Positions 58,211 through 64,000 of a stretch of 64,000 nt of DNA are shown one piece after another. The notes under the pieces were generated by a model. It was given only the letters and a program-made list of their open reading frames with translations. It searched no databases and was not told the DNA's origin. Position 1 is the stretch's first letter. Every line of letters starts with the position of its first letter. Location of the stretch: the NCBI GenBank assembly GCA_963977015.1, contig CAXBMO010000004.1, forward strand, positions 352,001 to 416,000, written 5' to 3'. This DNA comes from an uncultured bacterium (GTDB taxonomy: Bacteria > Verrucomicrobiota > Verrucomicrobiia > Verrucomicrobiales > DEV007). The position numbers were made by a program, and so were the translations under genes.

Positions 58211-61200
58211 ATGATCTCTAACATTCTCAAACATCGCCTTGCTCCCATCCTCGAAGCGGAGCAAAATTTGCGGAGACATCGTGTCACCGCACTTGCCATC
58301 GGCATCGCCTGTCTTGTCGGAATCGCGCTCTGGCTTGCGAACCGAAGCGGCGGTTTTGGCGGCCAGGGCCTCGTCCTCATCTGGATCATCGGCTCAATCG
58401 GCTTCCTCATCGCCATGTGGAACTGGCTCGGGACGAAACCCGCCGATCTCCGCAAGGTGGCGCGCAAGCTCGAGGAACGCTTTCCCGAACTGGATGGCCG
58501 GCTCCTCACCGCGGTCGACGTCGATGCGGATGATTCCGGCGAAAACCTGGGTTACCTGGAGGAGCGGGTCGTTTTTGAAGCGATCGATCATTCGGTTCAC
58601 CATTTCTGGGATCGCGACTATGAACGCTCCCAACGCAATTGGGCGGCGGCGTTTCACACCATGGCCATGGTCGCCTTCGCCCTCGTCACCGTGCTCTTGT
58701 TGACGATTCCCTCGACCAAATCGCAGCTCGCCGAAGAAACCGGGGCGGAAGCGGTGGCACTGGCAGAAACTCAAATCGTGGTCCATCCCGGCGACACCGA
58801 GGTGGAGAAAGGAACCAAGCTGGTGGTGGAAGCCCGCTTCGAGGGAACCGTGCCGAACGATGCCAGTCTCGAAATGATCTCGCCGGAGAGCGGCGAAGTT
58901 CTCGACCGATGGGAGATGCGGCGCAACCTGGAGGACCCCGTGTTTGGAACCGTCGTCCCGCGCGTCAACGAACCGGTTCAGTATCGAATCGCCTATTCGG
59001 AAACGCGTTCAGACACCTTCGATGTCGGAATCTACGTTCACCCCCAACTGGAGCAGGCCGACGTCACCATCACGCCACCGGCCTACGCCGAACAGGAATC
59101 GAAAACGGTCAAGGATGTTCGCAAGGTCGTCGCTCTGGAAGGATCCGAGCTCGCCTTTGACTTCAAAGTCAATAAACCGGTTAGCGCGGCTGAGTTATTT
59201 GGGGAGGACGAGACCGTTATCCCGTTGGAAATCGACCCGGACGATCCCACGCGCCTCATCGCCAAATTCCGCCCCGACGAGGAAAAGAAGTATCGGCTCC
59301 ATCTCGTGGATGCGGATGATCGCGGCAACAAGACGCCGCCGTGGTTCACGGTGAAACTGAAGAGGAATCTCCCGCCCAAACTGGAACTCGCTTTTCCGGG
59401 CAAGGATTCCGAAGTCTCGGCGTTGGAAGAAATGGCGCTGGAAGGAAAGGTCTGGGATGACCTGGGAATCACCCGCGTTGGCGCGACCATCTCCATTGGC
59501 GAGCACAACGCCGAGCTCGTGATGAATGAGGAGAAACTGAAAGGCCAGAAGAAGCACGATTTCGGAACCCTGCTCGCCCTCGAAGAATACAAGGCGGAGC
59601 CGACCCAGTTGGTGAGTTACCACTTCTGGGCCGAGGACCTCGGGCCTGACGGCGAACCTCGCCGAACCGAGAGCGACATGTATTTTGCCGAAGTGCGTCA
59701 CTGGGAGCACATCTTCCGCGAAGGCACGCCCCAGGAAGGCCAGGGCGAAGGCGAGCAGAATCAGAGTCGCGAACTGCGCGTTCAACAGAAAGAGATCATG
59801 AACGCCACCTGGAAAGTGATTCGACGGGCGGGCGCCTCGGGAATCGCCAGTCAGTTGGAGGACGTCGACGTGGTTCGTCAATCCCAGGAGATCGTGATGC
59901 AGAACGTGGATCAAGTGATCAAGGAAGTTCAGGATCCGGAGTTGGTCATGATCCTGACGAACGCCAAGGAAGAAATGCAGAAGGCGGTCAACTTTCTGCA
60001 ATGGGTTGTCGAGAACACGGACGAAGAGCGGATGCAGAACGCGCTCGGTTCCGAAAAAGCGGCTTACCAACATCTGTTAAAGGCGGAAAGCCGCGAAAGC
60101 GAAGTCACCCAATCCAAGAGCCAGTCCGCGTCTCAAAGCCAGAGCCAGCAACAACAGCGTCAACTGATGCAGCTGGAGCTGAAGCAGAACGAAGATCGCT
60201 ACGAAACGGAGAGCCAGGCGGAGAAAGAGAAGGCGCAAACCGAGCAGCAGGAAGATCTCGCGGTGTTGGCTCGCCTCAAGGAGCTGGCACGTCGTGAGGA
60301 GGCGCTCGCCGAAAAGATCAAGGAGATCGAGGCCGCTCTGAAGGAGGCCAAAACCGAGGAAGAGAAGGACGAAATGGAGCGCCAACTGAAACGCCTGCGT
60401 GAAGAGCAGGAAGAACTCCTTCGCGACTTGGACAACCTGATGGAGCGGATGGACACCGAACAGAACTCCGAGCGCATGGCTGAGGAACGCGAGCAACTCG
60501 CGGAAACCCGCGAGCAGGTTCAGAAGACGAACGAGCAACTCAAGAATAACGAGCTGGAAGAAGCCGCGAACTCGGCAACGCGGGCCCAACGCGAATTGCA
60601 GGAGATTCAGGAAGAGTTTCGCAAGCGCACCTCCAGCCAATTCGCGGAGGAAATGAAGGACGTTCGCCAGAAAGCCCGCGAACTGGCCGAGCAACAGGAC
60701 AACATTGGCGAACAGTTCGAAAACGCGCCCGACACCAACAATCCGTTCGACGCGCAAAACAGCGAGTTCGACAATCAGGGTGTGGCCCAGCAGCTTCGCG
60801 ACCAGAAGGCGCAGTTGGAAGCGTTGTTGGAGAATATGCGCGAAATTTCCGAACAGGCGGAAGGCAGCGAACCGGTTCTGGCCGACGAACTTTACGAAGC
60901 GGTCCGCGATGCCCGAACCGCCGGGATCGAAGAGTCGTTGGAAGAAGCATCCTCGTTGACGCGGTATGGCCGTCTTTCCCGAGCCCAGCAACCCGAGCGC
61001 GAAGCGGGCCGGGCGATCGAGAAACTCAAGGAAGGCGTCGAGAAAGCGGCTGAATCGGTTTTGGGCGACGAAGCCCAGACCTTGCGAATGGCCCGCAATG
61101 AATTGGATCGCGCTATCGAGCAACTTCAGGAGGAACAGCGCAAGCGCGCGGGCCAGGAGGCGGGCGAGAACCCGGAATCCCGCCAAACCGCGCAAACTGG

Positions 61201-62143
61201 CGACCAACCAGGCGAAAATTCGGAGACTCCGGAAAACGGCGAACCTCAGCCGGGGACGGGCCAGGAATCTCGGGAAATGGCTGAGAACCAGCAGGAAGGT
61301 CAACAACCGGGCGAACAATCGGAAGGCGAGCAACCCGGCGAGGGCCAACAACCTGGCCGTGGTCAGGAATCGCAACAGATGGCCGAGAACCAGCCGGAAG
61401 GTGAGCAACCCGGTCAGACTCAAGGCGAGGGGCAGCAGCCCGGCGAGAATCCGGAAGGTCAACAACCGGGCCAAGGGCAAGGTCAGGGACAGGAATCGCA
61501 ACAAATGGCTGAAAACCAGCAACCCGGTCAAGAGGAAGGTCAGGGCCAACAACCTGGTCCGTCACCTTCCGAACAATCCGGTCAAGGCCAACCATCGGGA
61601 CAGGGCCAACCAGGTCAACAACCCGGCCAGTCCCAGCAACCCGGTCAGCCCCAACTCGCGCAATCCGAAGGTCAGACTGGTGGCGGAGGAGGAGGCGGAA
61701 CCGATCGATTCGGAGGCGACGATCGCATGGATGGCCCCGGCCCCGCCAACAGCTCAACCGCGCCTCCAATGTTCTTTGAGCAAATCCAGGACGCCCGCGA
61801 TCCCGGCCCGATCATGGGCGAGGACTGGGAACAATTCGCCGACAGCCTCCGCAAGGTCGAAGAAGTTCTCGAACAGCCGCAGCTTCGTTCCGACGCCTCC
61901 AAAGTCCTCGACCGCGCCCGCGAGATGCGAATGGACTACCGCCGGAACGACTCCGCCCCGAAATGGGATCTCGTCCAAACCACGGTCGTCGATCCCCTCG
62001 TCGAACTCCGCAATCGCATTTCCGAAGAACTCGCGCTGAAAGAGAAGGACAACACCCTCGTCCCAATCGATCGCGATCCCGTTCCCGGCCCCTATCGCGA
62101 TCTCGTCCGCAAGTACTACGAGAAGCTGGCGAGCGGAGAATAG
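58211..62143 (+). CDS. Large DUF4175-like membrane-anchored coiled-coil protein
   Basis: 1310 aa: three N-terminal TM helices, Ig-like region (DDLGI, AEDLGPDG), long Glu/Gln coiled coil, QPG repeats, C-terminal VPGPYRDLVRKYYEKL. Confidence 0.85.
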   Translation: MISNILKHRLAPILEAEQNLRRHRVTALAIGIACLVGIALWLANRSGGFGGQGLVLIWIIGSIGFLIAMWNWLGTKPADLRKVARKLEERFPELDGRLLTAVDVDADDSGENLGYLEERVVFEAIDHSVHHFWDRDYERSQRNWAAAFHTMAMVAFALVTVLLLTIPSTKSQLAEETGAEAVALAETQIVVHPGDTEVEKGTKLVVEARFEGTVPNDASLEMISPESGEVLDRWEMRRNLEDPVFGTVVPRVNEPVQYRIAYSETRSDTFDVGIYVHPQLEQADVTITPPAYAEQESKTVKDVRKVVALEGSELAFDFKVNKPVSAAELFGEDETVIPLEIDPDDPTRLIAKFRPDEEKKYRLHLVDADDRGNKTPPWFTVKLKRNLPPKLELAFPGKDSEVSALEEMALEGKVWDDLGITRVGATISIGEHNAELVMNEEKLKGQKKHDFGTLLALEEYKAEPTQLVSYHFWAEDLGPDGEPRRTESDMYFAEVRHWEHIFREGTPQEGQGEGEQNQSRELRVQQKEIMNATWKVIRRAGASGIASQLEDVDVVRQSQEIVMQNVDQVIKEVQDPELVMILTNAKEEMQKAVNFLQWVVENTDEERMQNALGSEKAAYQHLLKAESRESEVTQSKSQSASQSQSQQQQRQLMQLELKQNEDRYETESQAEKEKAQTEQQEDLAVLARLKELARREEALAEKIKEIEAALKEAKTEEEKDEMERQLKRLREEQEELLRDLDNLMERMDTEQNSERMAEEREQLAETREQVQKTNEQLKNNELEEAANSATRAQRELQEIQEEFRKRTSSQFAEEMKDVRQKARELAEQQDNIGEQFENAPDTNNPFDAQNSEFDNQGVAQQLRDQKAQLEALLENMREISEQAEGSEPVLADELYEAVRDARTAGIEESLEEASSLTRYGRLSRAQQPEREAGRAIEKLKEGVEKAAESVLGDEAQTLRMARNELDRAIEQLQEEQRKRAGQEAGENPESRQTAQTGDQPGENSETPENGEPQPGTGQESREMAENQQEGQQPGEQSEGEQPGEGQQPGRGQESQQMAENQPEGEQPGQTQGEGQQPGENPEGQQPGQGQGQGQESQQMAENQQPGQEEGQGQQPGPSPSEQSGQGQPSGQGQPGQQPGQSQQPGQPQLAQSEGQTGGGGGGGTDRFGGDDRMDGPGPANSSTAPPMFFEQIQDARDPGPIMGEDWEQFADSLRKVEEVLEQPQLRSDASKVLDRAREMRMDYRRNDSAPKWDLVQTTVVDPLVELRNRISEELALKEKDNTLVPIDRDPVPGPYRDLVRKYYEKLASGE
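61195..61680 (+). repeat. Intragenic Gln/Gly/Pro/Glu repeats
   Basis: Three GQES[RQ][EQ]MAENQ units plus many (G)QQPG units. Confidence 0.8.
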
Positions 62144-62152
62144 GGACGCGCG

Positions 62153-62620
62153 TCAATCGTTCTTGATGCGCTCCCGGGCGCTTTCCTTCGCCTCGGTGAT
62201 CGACAGATGGTCGCCCGCCGCCGCCAAGCCGAATCGCGGCATTCCGCTATAAATCGCCTCGTAGTCGTCGGCGCGAACCCGGTAGGTTTCGTGCCAGATT
62301 CCAACGTCTCCCCTGCTCTTCCCAACCCGGCGATTAAAGGCGATCCACGCGGGCCAATGCTCCAGATCCTTGTCGCGGGCATAGGCCTCCAGATGATCGA
62401 ACGAGCGCCAGTATTGGACGATGACTTTCCGGTCAAAAATGCACCCCAGAAAGCCACTCTCCGGATTCTCCTCCAACTCCTTGATCATTCGCGGCATCGC
62501 AAACAGGAACGGCACCCACTTGTGGAGCTTCCACGGTTTGTTGATCTTCATCCCAATCAGGAAAACGACAAAGTCGCCATCCAGTTTGGCCGTCATCCGT
62601 TCAGGAAAAACTCTGGTCAT
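62153..62620 (-). CDS. DUF4188 (monooxygenase-like) protein
   Basis: [46 protein letters not shown]. Confidence 0.85.
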   Translation of the reverse strand: MTRVFPERMTAKLDGDFVVFLIGMKINKPWKLHKWVPFLFAMPRMIKELEENPESGFLGCIFDRKVIVQYWRSFDHLEAYARDKDLEHWPAWIAFNRRVGKSRGDVGIWHETYRVRADDYEAIYSGMPRFGLAAAGDHLSITEAKESARERIKND

Positions 62621-62740
62621 CACTCGCAAGAATAGAATCGCGCCATTCGAAAGACGAACCAAATCCTTCCCCAATTATTTCATCAAATCCGCAGGAACGT
62701 GATAGGCGAGAGCTGGTTGAAGCCGTGAAGAGAGAACCCC

Positions 62741-64000
62741 ATGCTCGATTTTATCGATCCATCCAGCTCTCCACGCAATCGCCGGTCCTTCCTGCGGGTG
62801 GGATCGCTCGGCCTGGGAGGAATGACGCTTCCGGGGTTGCTGCAGGCTCAGGAGGAGCTCAAGCCGATGGTGAAGGATCGCTCGGTCGTCTTTGTCTTCA
62901 TGCATGGCGGGCCGTCGCAATTTGAGACGTTCGATCCCAAGATGGAGGCGCCTTCGACGATTCGAAGCGTGACCGGCGAAATCCCGACCTCCATCCCCGG
63001 AATCTCGTTTGGATCGACTTTCCCGCGCCTGGCGCAATTGGCGCACAAGTTTTCCGTCGTGCGCTCCTTCACCACGGGAACGGGTGCCCACGATATTAAG
63101 CCGATTGTTGGCAAAAACTCGCTGGGCGCCAATATCGGGTCCCTCTACGCGCGGGTTGCGGGCAATTCCGTGCCGGAATCCGGTATGCCGAAGAACCTGG
63201 CCCTCTATCCCAAAGCGGTCGATGAATCGGCGATGCCGGCGATCCTGAAGTTTGGCGATTTTTCGTCAACCGGCCCTCTCAGCCGAATCTACGCGCCCTT
63301 CGCCCCGGGGTCCGGCGGAGAGCTGCAGGGCGACATGAAGCTGCACCTTTCCCAACAACGCCTCGAAGACCGTCGCACCCTGCTCGATCGGCTCGATGCG
63401 ACCAAGGCCGCGTTTTACGATCACGGAATCGCGGAGGGAATGACGCGCTTTCAACAACAGGCGTTCGACACGATTCTCGGCGGAATCGTCGAAGCGTTCG
63501 ACATCACCAAGGAAGATCCGCGGACGATCGCGCGTTACGACACCGCGCCTCTCGTGAATCCCGGCAGCATCCGCAAGAAGTGGAACAACCACGAGCGCTA
63601 TCGCGATCACAGCCAGACGCTCGGCAAGCTGATGCTGCTTTCCCGCCGCCTCTGCGAGCGCGGAGCCGGCTTCGTCACCGTGACGACGAATTTCGTCTGG
63701 GACATGCACGCCGACCGGAACAACGCGACGGTCAGCGAAGGGATGGGCTATGTCGGCGCGCCTTTTGATCACGCGATCTCCGCGTTCATCGAGGACGTCG
63801 AGGCGCGCGGGTTGAGCGAGAAGATTCTCCTGGTGTGTTGCGGCGAAATGGGACGGACGCCGAAGATCAACAAGAACGGCGGTCGCGATCACTGGGGCAG
63901 GCTTGCGCCGCTCATGATGTACGGAGGCGGACTGAAAATGGGACAGGTCGTTGGGAAGTCGAGCCGCGATGGCGGCGAACCGGCGTCGGAACCCGTGACG
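62741..64000 (+). CDS. DUF1501 protein (3'-truncated by the window edge)
   Basis: Manual translation: NRRSFLRVG, VFMHGGPSQFETFDPK, WDMH, GEMGRTPKIN, GRDHW. Confidence 0.9.
   Translation, partial: MLDFIDPSSSPRNRRSFLRVGSLGLGGMTLPGLLQAQEELKPMVKDRSVVFVFMHGGPSQFETFDPKMEAPSTIRSVTGEIPTSIPGISFGSTFPRLAQLAHKFSVVRSFTTGTGAHDIKPIVGKNSLGANIGSLYARVAGNSVPESGMPKNLALYPKAVDESAMPAILKFGDFSSTGPLSRIYAPFAPGSGGELQGDMKLHLSQQRLEDRRTLLDRLDATKAAFYDHGIAEGMTRFQQQAFDTILGGIVEAFDITKEDPRTIARYDTAPLVNPGSIRKKWNNHERYRDHSQTLGKLMLLSRRLCERGAGFVTVTTNFVWDMHADRNNATVSEGMGYVGAPFDHAISAFIEDVEARGLSEKILLVCCGEMGRTPKINKNGGRDHWGRLAPLMMYGGGLKMGQVVGKSSRDGGEPASEPVT

Noticed and set aside
61195-61680. Repetitive DNA as a possible CRISPR or non-coding array
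   Set aside because: In-frame low-complexity protein repeats; no fixed repeat-spacer pattern and no cas genes.

Overview
64-kb segment of a GC-rich bacterial chromosome, probably a PVC-superphylum member such as a Verrucomicrobiota (inferred from the sulfatase, DUF1501, DUF1080, SHD1 and PQQ-propeller gene content). Housekeeping and envelope genes (rarA, type-B rpmJ, dcd, tolB-pal, ptsN-like, argS, two PBPs, oligopeptide ABC ATPases) are mixed with secreted hydrolases. Three regions stand out. (1) 44.3-49.9 kb is an integrase-less integron cassette cluster: a Tdi1/DUF1851-like immunity gene, two orphan ORFs and a BrnT/BrnA pair with attC-like sites. One attC is split by an RT-less class C group II intron, which is itself split by a 311-bp MITE with a 10-bp target duplication. 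A second attC carries a 5' scar of another such intron. (2) The last ~83 bp of rarA are duplicated around a small toxin-antitoxin islet whose ParE toxin is internally deleted, and an MNT-HEPN pair follows the second copy. (3) A periplasmic-binding-protein/pentameric ligand-gated ion channel fusion is divergent from a DUF1611 + PLP racemase operon. No rRNA, tRNA, CRISPR array, integrase or transposase was recognised. All family calls come from motif recognition, not database searches.
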